Assembly: GCA_026770705.1 (NCBI GenBank)
Contig: JANJGN010000034.1
Location: 4,774,001 to 4,838,000 of the forward strand
Length of the DNA: 64,000 nucleotides
Reading direction: 5' to 3'
Source: Isurus oxyrinchus
Lineage: Eukaryota
The notes under the pieces are model-generated. The model worked only from the letters and a program-made list of their open reading frames with translations. It was not told where the DNA came from and ran no database searches. This document shows positions 13,740-26,242 of this stretch, one piece after another. How positions within the stretch are numbered: the stretch's first letter is position 1; each line of letters opens with the position of its first letter. A program made the translations under genes and the position numbers.

Positions 13740-14895
13740 TAGACATTATTAACTGCTGATAAAGAAAGTAAGAGGCAGCGGGATCCAAGCAAATTTGACA
13801 AATTTGATCGAGAATTAGCTGAATTGCAGGAAGGAGAGGGTGAATGCCGAGGGGTGTTTTTGTGACAGGATTTTTGTGTCCAGTGGTTTCCAGAGGGATA
13901 GGTGTTGCTCCCTTATGCTTGTGGTGTACATAGTCAAATTAGACTTGAATGTTGGAGGTTTGATCTGTAAGCTCGTAGATGACAAGAAAATTGCTCGTGT
14001 GGCCAATCTTGAGGAGGATAGACATAGAATACAGGACGGTGTAGACGGGCTGGTCTGATGTGCTAATACGTGTCACATTAAATATAATCCGGAAAAGTGT
14101 GAGGTGATGTACTGGAGCGGGACAAACAACACACGGGAATGCATGAAAAATTGTACAACCCTGGGAAGTACAGAAGATCAGAGGGATCTTCACGTGTATG
14201 TCCACGGGCCCCTTAAGGTAGCGGGACAGGTAGGTAAGGTGTTTAAGAAGGCAGATGGGATATGTGCCCCTATTAGCCAAACCATGGAATATGAGAGCAC
14301 GGATGTTATGCTGGAATTGAATAAAACGCTGTTTAAGCCACAGCTAGAATTTTCCATGAAGTTCTGAAATCGACGTTAGAGAAATGATGGGATGGCACTA
14401 GTGCAAGTGCAGAGGGGGGTTACCAAGATGTTTCCTGAGCATGAGAGTTTTAGTTATCAGGAGAGAAAATATAGACTTGGGTTATTTCTCCTGCAGGAGA
14501 GGAGATTGAGGGAGGAGATGACTGAGGAGTATAACATATGAGGGGCGTAGATAGGGTAGACAGGAAGGAACCTTTCCCCTTGTGGATGTATCAATGACCA
14601 GGGGGCATAGATTTAATTTAAAGGGCAGGAGATTTTGAGCGACTTTGAGGAAGATTATTCTCGCCCAGAGGGTGTTGAGAATCTGGAACCCACTGCCTGA
14701 AAGGGGGGTAGAGGTAGTTATCCAGATAATTGTTAAGAAGTATTTTGATGTGCACTCGCGATGCCATGGCTCACAAGGCTATGTGCCTACTGCTGGAAAA
14801 TTGGATTAGAATAGATAAGTACATGTTTCAACAGCACAGGCTTCAAGGGCCGAAGGGCTTTTTTTCTCTGATGTAGACTTCCAAGCTTCTATGAC
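13740..14895 (+). mobile_element. CR1/HER1-type LINE, RT C-terminus and 3' UTR
   Basis: GLICKLVDDKKIARV (resembles SKFADDTKIG), DQRDLHVYVHGPLKVAGQV, LNKTLFKPQLE; 3' tail gggccgaagggcttt. Confidence 0.85.
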
Positions 14896-14948
14896 GCTAT
14901 AACAGGGATGATCATCGTTCTTTAAGCATAATGTTTTATGCTGTTTCC

Positions 14949-14993
14949 TGATGATGATGATGATGACGCAGCTGATGATGATGATGATGATGT
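14949..14993. repeat. Interrupted (GAT)n microsatellite
   Basis: tgatgatgatga...cgcagc...tgatgatgatg. Confidence 0.9.
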
Positions 14994-15221
14994 TGTCGAT
15001 GATACAACCCATACTACAGGACTGAACATTCCTTTCCAAATACAGATCAAAAAATAAACGGTTACAAAGCCAATGAAAACGCAAAGGACGAATTAGAATC
15101 CCTAATCAAGCAGACAAAGATCTCAGGGTTAGCACAAATGAATACTGGCGGGCATACTGTCTTGATAATGCTCATTCTCTTACGAATTAAAAAGCAGTTG
15201 TATATGTACTTTCCTCTCCAG

Positions 15222-15257
15222 GAATTGCAAGCTTTCGGAAAAAGCTGCATGCTACAG
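15222..15257 (+). CDS. 36-nt micro-exon (GIASFRKKLHAT)
   Basis: tactttcctctccag|GAATTG...GCTACAG|gtcaga; similar to 5292-5327 (IA..x..KL pattern, CAG|gtcag donor). Confidence 0.75.
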
Positions 15258-16323
15258 GTCAGAAATGTAGCAGCACGTGCACTGTTTCAGTAAATAAGCT
15301 TGCATTTCTCACAATTCTTCAGTTTCCTTTTATCTTAAATTGTGAACTCATTACAGCAAGCCGAGCTGAGGTCTGTAGCATAGATTATTTAATGTTGAAG
15401 ATTATTAAGTGAGTAAAAAGAAAGGAAGACAAAGGAGATGCAAAGGAAATAGGACGAAGCCACGTGGCAGGGGGCCAGTGCGGACCATGAACACTGGAAG
15501 AATGAAATATCCAGAGCATTTTGGCATGGACATTAAAAATTTTAATACATATGATGATACAGGCGATATCATCTTTGCTGTGTCATATAGAATTTTGTCC
15601 AGGTTTGAGGCATAAGATTTTGTTCTGGCCTAATTGCCAATGGAGAGCATTACTGAGTAGACATCTTGAACAACTGCAGTCCACATGGTGTAGTCGCACC
15701 CAAGTTATAGTGCCACAAGTTTGACTCAGCCCAATAGAATCAGAAGTAATGTATTTCCACGTCAGGATGGTGTATAACTTGCAAGAAAACTTGGCCATGA
15801 TGATGAATGCACGTCGGTGTTTCCCTTGTCGATAAGCAAGCAGTGAGCAGTGTTTTAGAAAGGGATGTTAAAGTGTCAATTGTGGGTATAAGCATTCCAC
15901 TATTTAAATGCTTTTTATTACAGCCAGGATGCGTTAGATGTGGAATAATATATGTTTGTAGCCATGGATGGAGTGCGAGTCAAGCTGGTTGTAATGCTTT
16001 GGACGTTGCACAGCTTTTTCTTTGAGCTTTGATACAGCTGCATTTAATGAAATCAGGCGACATGCATTTTTGCATGCTCCTGACCTGTGCATTGTACATG
16101 TTAGACAGATTTTTAGAAAGTCAGGAGCTGAGATACTAGCTGCACTATTTGCAGCCTTCTACCTTCTTTTTTGAATGCGTTTATCCATGTGCATTATATA
16201 CCCACAGATCCGTAATTGTATGCATGGTGATTTATGGATCAGCAAGCGGACATCAATAATATGTTCACAAACCGAGATATATTTATTCTAATGTGAAACC
16301 ATTTTTCTTGTTAATATTGACAG

Positions 16324-16350
16324 AGGAGAAGCTGGGCAGTAAAGATAAAG
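16324..16350 (+). CDS. 27-nt micro-exon (EEKLGSKDK) with GC donor
   Basis: ttaatattgacag|AGGAGAAG...GATAAAG|gcaagt; similar to EENLKLKDQ; AAG|GCAAGT matches the GC-AG donor consensus. Confidence 0.7.
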
Positions 16351-18039
16351 GCAAGTCTCCATCTAATTTTGGGCGAGTATTTGAATGATGGGCTCATTGT
16401 CAGGGAACAATGATACAGTAGGTGTTCTCAAGGCATAAGAATCTACTGATGGCTAAACTGAGCCAGTGGCAAATTTGTATAGGGCCCATCAGGCTGGAAA
16501 AATTCAGTGTGTGTCTCAATGAGTGTCGTGAGTTGAAGGTCTTTGATTATTAGAACATTTGGAGTTCATACTGGGAAATTAGGAACAATTCAATTGTTAG
16601 ATGGTCCATTTCAAGAGGGTTGGATACTGTGTCACTGCAAATGGTAATGTTAGGACCACTGAGGTGGCTTTAAAAGCGTTTGAAAAACAGGAAGGAATCA
16701 TGTTGGTAAATAAAAAAATCTCATGAGAGATTTCGAGAAGGTAAAGCTCTGCAACCATTCAGATATCGATTTGGCACCAGTTACAAAAAGGATAAAAATA
16801 TTAACCATAAGAATACATCAGCTAAGAGTTCCCATGTGCAGCTCACTGACAGTAAAATAAACTACATAGCCGATTTCCGGAATGAACAAAACTTTTATAC
16901 CGTGTGAAGTTAACTAAAAGAATAATGCAAGGCACATGTTTACGAATAGTTAAAGCGGAAGTAATGAATAAAAAACTGAGAGACGATAGTTTGACACTAT
17001 TTATCAGTTTCATATTACTAGTTGTACTATTGACTGAACACCAGCAAGTACTGTTTGGAGTTTGCAACAAAGGGATTATTTTTCCGTAAATGAGATGTGC
17101 GCGTCACTGGAAAATCCATCATTTGTTGTGCCATGCAGCTGTGTAGTATGCGAGGCCATTGTACTGCGCAGCTATTGCTCAACCATGTTTTTGTAGACCT
17201 GGCATGACATGTTGGCCAAGCCAGAAAAGTGCGATATATTTCATTCTGGAAGGCTGTGAACTAGGTGGGTGCTACCAAAATAGGTGGTATTGTCGCTGTT
17301 ACTGCATTTGTTTTCCAAGAAAACAATTTTAAAATATTTTAATTTAATTTCGACCATCAGCTGTGTTGTGATTTGGATCTCTGCCCTTTAGCTTCATTTA
17401 AATTGCTAAAGAAGGTGTCGAACGACATTCTTACTGCGCCACCATCATTTGGCAATTAAAATATATTATTCGGCAGCTTGGTCTTCTGATGCTGGAAAAA
17501 TCAAATTGAACAAAGGCAATCTGTGTGATCAGTTTGCATGATGGTTTCATAATAATCCGTTAGGAAATTGTGTTGTGGCTCCAACTAGCTAATGCTGTTT
17601 TTAATCCAGCATTGTGCAGTGTTGAAGCATAAACTGGGACTCCCAGAGCCAAACATCCTCCAGCAAAAAAAAAAGAGCAAGGTTGAATTAAATAATACAT
17701 TTCAAATTAACGCACGCTTTCCAATAACGTGGCTGTTAAATTGTGGTAAAGCCAATTTTGTAGTCATGAAAATTTGGATAAAGTCGTTTTAGTGAATGCC
17801 ATTACAGATTGGAAGTTAGTCATGTGCATGTGCAATTTAAAGAAATTACGCACATCTTGAAATAAAAATATGTTACATTAAGTATAACACAGTGAAACAT
17901 CTACCTGTGCCTTCTGTTTATTTATAATGAGAGCATTACAGTACGAGAAGAGCCGCATGTTGTTATGGGAAACAAGAAGTATTAAGCATCTCTCTATGTG
18001 AATTTTTCGGTAACATCAATTGGTGGCCCAGATGTTACC

Positions 18040-20695
18040 AGAGGAAACAGGGAACGAAAATGTAAATTTGAAGTAGTGTGGCAATGAGCATGAGAGCAGT
18101 TGATAAGTGCCTTTGAAAATTTATAAAAACGGGAGGATATATAATAAACGTTAGTGTTTTAGGGTTTGGAAAGTGGAACCATTTATTTAGGAACGAGTAA
18201 AATGAAAGATATATTGAACAAAAAAATTGTTGAGATTCAAAGTGGAAAGACAATTTGTATACCGGAAATATAGAGCAACGAAGGCACTAATCAGTTAAAG
18301 GATCAGAAGGCAATGAACAACAGGAGGTTAAAAATATAATGATATTATTAAGAAAAACGAAAATCACGCTGATCTCCTGGACCTGCAAGCCTCTTTATCG
18401 TCTTTGAAAATATGCCATTGTGGAGATTACTGATGGCTTCTGGATGATTTTCCAAATGCTTCTAGATTGACTGATGGTTCTGTATTGGATGGGGGGGAAG
18501 GTGGCGTTAAGTTAAATAAGGCAGTATCATGCCAAGGCAGTTTGGGAACAGTTACTTGTGGGGAAATCTACAGAGGAACAGTGGGGAGTACTAAAAAAGG
18601 AAATGAAGAGTTTACAGGCTCAACATGTTCCCTCTAGGGTGATAGGAATGACCCTAAAGGCAGAGAACCATGAATGGCCAGAGGTATTCACGTTACTCTG
18701 AAAAGGGAAAGAGAGGCTTTTAGCACACACAAGGAAAGCAAGTAAGCCAAGGAATTAGTGGAGAAGAGAAGGTGCACGGTGGAGCTTAAGGAAACAATTG
18801 GGAGAGCAAGGAGGGGAGATGAGAAAGCTGTGCCTGGTAAAGTAATGAAATTCGCAAGATATTGTATAAGCATTTCAATGGGAATAGGAAAACCAGGGAA
18901 AGAGAACGGCCCAGAAGGGTCAAAGGGGGCAATCTATGTGTAGCTCCAGAGGACATCGTTAGAGAGTTGATTGAATACTTCACATCCATCTTCACCCAAG
19001 GGAATGACGGTGGAACTATCAAAATAAGGGAGAGAAAGTGCAGGTTTCCTAAGAAAATTAATGAATGAATTGGGAATGTATTGGAGGTGCTGGCAGGCAT
19101 AAAAATGGACAAAACTCTTGGTACAGATGATTTATGTCCCACAGTGCCAAAGGAGGAAAGGGAGGAGGTCACAGGAGTTCTGAGTAAATTTATGTTTCCT
19201 CTCTGGCCACGGATGAGGTGCCAGAGGACTGAAGAACTGCTAATGTCGTCCCACTGTTTAAAACGGATTGTAGATATAAGCCGGGGAACTACAGGCCAGT
19301 GACTCTCACATCAGTGGTAGTGAAACCATTGGAAAAAGTCCAGAATGAGAGTATCTATCTCCACTTGGAGAGGAGAGGTTTGATCAAAGATATTCAGCAT
19401 GGCTTTGGCAGAGGGAGGTCTTGCCTTAAAATAATGATTGAATTTTTGAGGAGGTGACAAGGTGTGCATCTAAGGGTAGTGCAATTTATGCTGTTTATAA
19501 ATGATGCCAGCAAAGCCATTAACGAGGTCCCACAAGGGAGACTTATAAAGAAGCCAAATGCACTTAGGATGCAAGGTAATTTGATAAGGGGTATACAAAA
19601 TGTGCTTAGTTGTAGGAGGCAGAGAGTGATGATAGAAGGATGCTTTAGTGACTGGAAGTCAGTGACCAGTGGCGTACCACAGGGATTTGTGCTCGGTCAA
19701 CTATTTTTGTAATTTATATAAATGGCATTGGTGACTATGTGAAGTGTAGGAGTACTAAGGCTGCGGGTGATACAAAAATTGGTCGGGTGGTTAACAGTGC
19801 AGTTGAATGTTTTGGGCTACAGGATGACATCGACGGAATGGTCAAATGGACAGATAAGTGGTAGATGGAATTTTACCGTAAAAAGCGTGAGATATTACAC
19901 TGTGGAAGAAGTAAATTGTAAAGGAAGTATTCTATGAACGGCATGACAGTCGGAAGATTAGAGGAAAAAAGGTGCATTGGCGTGTGTGTCCATATCTCTC
20001 AGAAGACAGAGGGTATGTTGGAGGAGTGGTGAAAGAGGCATATGGGGCACTTGTCTTTACCAATCGAGGCATAGATTATACAAGAATGAAATTCGTTTTG
20101 GAGTTGTTTCAAATGTTGGTGAAAGTTGGTGAGGCCTCCGCTGCAGTATTGTGTGCAGTTCCGATCACTGAATTACAGGTAGGGTGCGATTTCATGGAAA
20201 CAAGGTGCAGAGGAGATTCATCAGGATGTTTTTTGAGATGAAACATTTCAGAAATGAAGAGGGAGTGGATACACCTGGGTTGTTTTTACTTAAGCAGAGA
20301 AAACTGAGAGGCAAAGTGATTAGGTGTAAACGTTTATGTGAGGCATGATAGGATCGATAGGGAGCAACTGTTCCCCTTTGTTGAAGGATCAGTCATAAGG
20401 GAAAGAAGTTCAAGGTGAGGGACACGGGGTTTAATGGGATCGTGAGGAAAGACATTTTTACCCAGAGGGTGGTGACGGTCTGGAATGCACAGCCTGTGAT
20501 GGTGGTGGAGTTGGCTTACTTCACATCCTTGAAATAAGTACCTGATGAGCACTAAGCATATCATAACATTCAAGGCCTTGTGCAGGTGCGGATAAATGCG
20601 ATTAGATTGGTAGGACAGGTGCTTTTCACGTATCGGTGCAGACTGAATGGGCCGAATGGTCTCACCTGCACTGCGATTCTATGATTCTTTGATTC
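18040..20695 (+). mobile_element. CR1/HER1-type LINE ORF2 (frameshifted) and 3' UTR
   Basis: YFTSIFT, NDASKAINEVPQGRL, RRQRVMIEGCFSDWKSVTSGVPQGFVLGQLF; tail ctgcactgcgattctatgattc. Confidence 0.9.
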
Positions 20696-21469
20696 TTTGT
20701 TTCTGCTTATTCGAAATTATTAATTGTAACAATGGAATTCATACAAAGAGGTTTGTGTCTGTGTGTGTGTGTCCGTGGTGGTGTGTGTTGGGCGGGTGTG
20801 GGCCGTTGGGGGCGAGTGAGCAAATTCTGGAAATGACAGCCAATAGTTTTGACGCTGCTTGATGGAAAGAAAACCTGGGGTGATTTTAGTAGGGGAAGAT
20901 GAACATTGGAAAATAACATGATCGTTCACAAGCAACAAAGTTTTCCGATAGAGACTTTGTGTTTGACATTGCCTGTCCTGACAGTTAAATACGAAAACAC
21001 AAATGGAAGGCAGTATTGGATAAAATGCTACAATGATAATAAATCTTAACTGGCAAAATAAGAACTTATGGACTTGGGAGTCTTCTATCATCATTTATGC
21101 AATGTGGAACCACTCCCAGAAATCAGAGAGCATCGATAACTGAAACATTTTATTTTCACAGGCTACAACATGTGCACAATGAAAGGGATGTACCTGGGGC
21201 CATATAATACATTTATTAAATGTTTTTGCGACCTAAGAAGGGGTAACATATCCAGCATTGCTGCTAATAGAATGCCAGCATATGGGGGTTGTCAGAATTG
21301 AGCAGGATGCAAAGAGGCTACAAAGTTCTTGGCGCAGAGCAGGAAACTAATTCGAGTCCAAACAAATAAACAAAATTAACAAATCAGAGGGCAAGTGGAA
21401 TGGCGGCACCTTAATGAAAATGCAAGGAAAAATATCTTAAAGGAGATTACCAGCATTAAAACAAAAAAG

Positions 21470-21770
21470 GTATTAAGAATGTGAATAGAACACCCCAGTC
21501 CCTGTCGTTCCCATCGAGGACGGACGGCCTCGAAGGTGTGGAAAAAAATGTGCTCCATCCACCAGGGATATGCAGCCGCATTCTTTTGCCACAGGAGAGG
21601 GCCATACAGTCAGGTCGGAAGATGCCCTCGATCGACTACTGTATAGGACTGATGAGGGCAAACATGGCCTTGCATAGGAGCATGCTCAGTAGTAGTTGAT
21701 CATGCCTCCCTGGCCCCCTCTCTGCCGAATGCCTGTCAATCAGGAGCTTGGGTCTGAACTGCAAACAAAA
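21470..21770 (-). mobile_element. Tx1-type (L1 clade) LINE ORF2 C-terminal fragment, decayed
   Basis: minus-strand frames give FRPKLLI..H...GPGR..LLLSMLL.KA, IEGIFRPDC, HTFEAVRPRWERQGLGC, resembling Tx1 ORF2 C-terminus; stop and frameshift present. Confidence 0.55.
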
Positions 21771-22559
21771 CAGCAGTAAAATATTTTTTTTTCAAGTAAA
21801 TGAAAACGATTTGCAGCCAGAAACACCTGAGGTAGGTGTTTCTGGAAGATTCCAGTAGGTGCACAATAATATCTAGCTGTTTTCTTTTCCTCATCTTAAA
21901 CTCTTTAAACTGTTCTCTCTCTTTCTCTCTGAAAACCCCTGGCTAAAGGCAACTACAAAAAAAAACACTGTTAGAGACAATGCAAGGCAATATTTCAAAC
22001 AGTTAATGAAATAATGAAATTCTTTGAAGGCCACATCGTGTCATCAACAAAATCTAAAATGAATTTGCGAGACATTGATCAAATTCAACCGATCGAATCA
22101 AGGACACTTGAATTTGAGCTTTTGAGCTGTTTCATGCCATCCTTCGAATGCCCGTTATTGTTTGTCTTTTATGTGTGCTGAAAGGGATTTAACAAAATGT
22201 AGCATATAAATTAGAGTAAGACATTATCAGTTATAATGCCTTTCCGTTGCCGCTTGTTAAAGACATTTTGCTTAATAAACAGTAATTTACTTATTAAGTT
22301 CAGAAGCCTGTTGCTCGCATTCTGTTAAACTAAATTTAAGTGTTAGGTAGAATCGGGGCTACTTGTTGCTTCTAGAAAACGATTATCATTTGTGGCAGCT
22401 CGAGGGAAAATATCATCCTCAGTGAGTCATGACAATGCATTCGTGAAATCAAAATTGCAAGGATTTTTAATTATTCTCACTTGTAAGGCAAATAAGGAAT
22501 TATTCTCTCTCTTTCAATTGTTATGAATGTTGGCAATTGGAAAATATCATACTGTTTAG

Positions 22560-22586
22560 GTTCGTGTTGTGGCATTATGAGATTAG
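22560..22586 (+). CDS. Possible 27-nt micro-exon (GSCCGIMRL)
   Basis: catactgtttag|GTTCG...AGATTAG|gtgcgt; correct length and phase but peptide unlike sister exons. Confidence 0.25.
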
Positions 22587-22880
22587 GTGCGTAAACTGGG
22601 AGAGAAGTGAAAACAGCTTCAGACATTTTTTTTCTGAGAACGGAAGTTAATGCATACATATATGTCGATTCTGAAGGAACGTTGAAGCAGTTGGCTGCAT
22701 TGGATCCCTCTTTTAAAGAGCTGACTCAGCCAAGGCAGGCTGACCGTCCTCCCTCTGTGCTGACTGATCCCCTAATTCTATGATTGAAGACGGAGTTTTA
22801 TTTCAGCGCATGATGCCAATTTGACGAAGCTGCAGAAATTAGGTGAGATATCACCATTGGATTTTTGACATTTGCTCGCC

Positions 22881-24150
22881 AAGCCATGACGCAAAATTTT
22901 CTGCATGTCTGGTTGGTGGGCACGACCCAATCACCTGCGGCTGGGGACACGATATCTGCCAGCAAAGTAGGCTGCAACGCCATTTTACATGGGCGTGCCA
23001 ATTGACGCCTGCCCAGCGTGATGTCTGGCAGGAAGTGCTATATTTTCCCTTCTGTGGGCCCCTCTAAAAGCAAGAATGCGTTTTTTCAGGCATGCGCACA
23101 AAACAGCACACAACTCCCTGAGGCGAAGTACTGCATCAGGGTGATCGCCTAGATTTTGAAAAGTATTAAACTTAGAAAAACAAATCCCTTAGATGAGCCC
23201 TCATGTGAACTTGTCACATGAGTTTCCAAATGTTCATATTTTATATAACAGCTTTATTATTCTTTTTATAAGCCTGCATGAAACCTCATCCCCTACTACA
23301 TCAGTTTTCAGGCAGAATTTTCTGCCAGCGAAGTGGGCGGGACCTAAAACAGAGCACACATCTCCCCGAGGCTAGGTGCTGCATCAGAGAGATCGCTTAC
23401 ACTTTAAAAAAATTTAGAAATAGAAAACTCAACTTCCCTAACCTGCCCCGGTCATGCAAAAATGTCACGTGAGATTGGACACGCTCATTAATTACAGTAA
23501 AACTTTGCTAAAACTTTTAGGACAATGCGTGAATCTTCATCCCGCCAATGGATGAGATTTATGGTTTTTTTATTTGCTTATCGGTCTCCTGGCCTGCACA
23601 CCAACCTTATGGTTGGTTGGACAATTACTCTAATTCTTTAAGTGATCCTGTAAATGGCTTCAAATGACCACTGAGAGGTCTGCCGTTGGATAGCTGACTT
23701 TTCTGTCTCCCTGCCTTCATGAAAATTTAAATATGGTGGTGTGAGTTCACAGTTTCTGCCTGACATCATCCCGCGTCTTTTGCCGCGACGGCAAGCAGGT
23801 TCCGCCCCCGTTATCAGCAAACGCAAAATCGTGCCACTCAAGTTTTCTCTGTTTGCGGCATGTGTCCCTGCCCTGACCGCCAACATTAGGGTTGGATGGG
23901 CAAGTCCTTCAATTGTTTAAATGTTTTTATCAATGGCCTCCACTGGCCATTAACAGGTCTTTTGGCCCACAGATGATATTTCTGCCCTGCACACTCCCCG
24001 CCCCCCCCCCCCCACCCTACCTAAATCCTGAAAATTTAAATGGGTCAGGATGACGTCTGGGGTTCCGCCCAACGTTATATCGTGTCATTTTGCGCGCCGA
24101 AAGCGGGCCACGCCCCCTACTAGCCGACAGCACAATTCTGCCCATGGCTT
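22881..24150. mobile_element. PIF/Harbinger-like MITE with a second copy of the same family nested at about 23311-23835
   Basis: outer inverted ends aagccatgacgcaaaatt / aattctgcccatggctt; inner ends ggcagaatttt / aaaatcgtgcc; internal blocks duplicated (23100-23290 vs 23345-23545; 23590-23835 vs 23870-24143). Confidence 0.65.
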
Positions 24151-25324
24151 CCCTTATACGTATTGAAAAATACATTTTCAAATTGGAGCTTAGAGGTTTT
24201 CCAGAAAAAAGGAATCCAAATAGAAATCAATAGCTTTTGAGTCATTTGGGGGCAAACATGATTTGATGTGTTGAGCAATTTAACCTAAAACATATTCATC
24301 ATTATTGAAAATAAAATCACACTAAATATTCCACCTCAGCAAAGCTCCTCCACTATCATGAACCTCTCGAACTGTCTTTTTGTTCACCAAAAATGCCGGG
24401 CTGAACGAGCAGAAGCGCTTACCAATTACACTTTTTGGCAGAATTTGGTCAGTGCTGCAAATGCATTCACAAGCTACTCACTCCAGTCTTTTCATTGCAA
24501 ATGTCTAAATCCTCTACAAAATATTCACTGGTTTAACGCTATATTTGATACTGCTATACTTTTCCAGCAACATATCATTACCATCACTAAGACGCCCACA
24601 TTAACTTTATTTTACGTTCCCCAAATTAGCTCTGGTCCAGTTAATCTGCTGCTGAAATCCGCGTTCATGTCACAAACATGTTTATTACAGCGAATTATAT
24701 GCTACCAACCAGTCATAATCCCTCATTTGCTTGCACATGTCACGTTCACATTTCGCCCCTTTAATCATTGAGCTGGAAACGCTGCCGGTCAAGCAATATC
24801 CGGTTTTGAAAATGTACCATTCTCATCGCTTTCAAGTGCCTCTATTGTTGCGTCACTTCTTGGAACTGTATTTTATCCTGCATAATGAGCCTTCCGGAAT
24901 ATTAGCACTTCAATATGTCTGCCCTCTTGAGCGTCGCCGAAATTCTTTCCTGAACAATTGGCAGCTGTCCCTTCATCAGTCCATTCCAAAGGCGTTACAA
25001 TCATCTTTCCAAAACTCTGGGGTACTGTGCGAAACCTTATTCCAATATGGTAGTCCTAGAAAATTTCATCGTCAAATAACCTATTGCCATGAGGATGAAT
25101 GACGGTTTAGGTGGCTCAGTGGCAATCTTCACTTTAAAACACTCTTTTGAGCTGTCTAACTCAATTGAATATGTGACTATAAGCTGCCGTTATTTCAGCC
25201 GAACACAATGTGCATTGTTGACTTACAGGAGGCACCCTGGGGATTGCATAAGCTGTTGTAAGACACCCCTCCTCCCACCCACCCCCGCTTACGCAAAATA
25301 ATTTGGCCTGATGTTGGTAAGCAG

Positions 25325-25351
25325 AAGACCAACTGAAAGAGAAGAAGACAG
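25325..25351 (+). CDS. 27-nt micro-exon (EDQLKEKKT)
   Basis: aagcag|AAGACC...AAGACAG|gtaact; peptide fits E-x-x-L-x-x-K consensus; acceptor lacks a good pyrimidine tract. Confidence 0.65.
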
Positions 25352-25488
25352 GTAACTGAGTTTAATTTTCTTGATATCCAAAACATTGTTTCAAATTCAC
25401 TCAATCAATGCATATAAGGAATATTCATTATCATCCTCCAAACAGCGTGAATAATTAAATTGGATTTCATTCATATATCTACTTTTAG

Positions 25489-25515
25489 AACAAGATATGA
25501 AATTTAAGACGAAGT
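25489..25515 (+). CDS. 27-nt micro-exon (EQDMKFKTK) ending in T
   Basis: tatctacttttag|AACAAG...ACGAAGT|gtgaga; starts EQD like 12282 exon; terminal T plus AG of the next exon gives TAG. Confidence 0.5.
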
Positions 25516-26206
25516 GTGAGACAACTAACTAGTTGAGAAATTCTGATGTTGGTGCAGTTACTTTTCAAATCTCCACGTTGCACCTCAGGAATGGCATTTC
25601 AGCCTTTATGGAGTGTAGCTAAAATAATTCTGAATGGGCTTTCTTGGAGGAAAGTGGCAATGGCGATGGATGTTTACGTTAATTTAGACTGTTTTACATC
25701 CAGTACGAGGGTAGATAGAGTGTAGGATATTTCCTTCAGTGTGACAGCCCAAAATGCGTGCGTTAGCAGCTGCGGGTTAACCGCAAGTCACTAAAAAATG
25801 ATTTCAAAAATATGTGGTTTGCACACAAAGTGTGGTTGATTTCGGAGACTTCCTCTCTAAGATTTTGCTTCCACAGGGCGGTCAATTTCAAATTACAGAG
25901 CGGTGATTGATAGATCATGCTTGAAATTTTCATTTTCTACAAGTCATGATAGCCGGAAATAACCATGATTAACATCAGGCATAGTCTCATATAACGGTGC
26001 ACAATTCTCTATGTGTGAATGTCATTAGACTGTTTCAATATATGTTTGATTCGACTGCAAAGAATGGACCCACTTTCATACTGAATCACACTCGGAAACA
26101 CTGATTGATCTTACAGATCTTAAATGAGGAGAAGGATGAACATTTGCAAAGAATGTGTTCTCCAGTGATTCAGTTAAAATAATGCTCTCCAATGTTGAAT
26201 TTTCAG

Positions 26207-26242
26207 AGCTGGACTTCCTCAGAGAAGACCTTGAAAACAAAG
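26207..26242 (+). CDS. 36-nt micro-exon (ELDFLREDLENK)
   Basis: gaattttcag|AGCTGG...AACAAAG|gtgaga; phase 1-1, L..L...L pattern. Confidence 0.85.

Noticed and set aside
21797-21835. Exon-like unit (VNENDLQPETPE)
   Set aside because: The strong donor gives 35 nt (frame-breaking); the in-frame 39-nt version needs a weak gtgttt donor.
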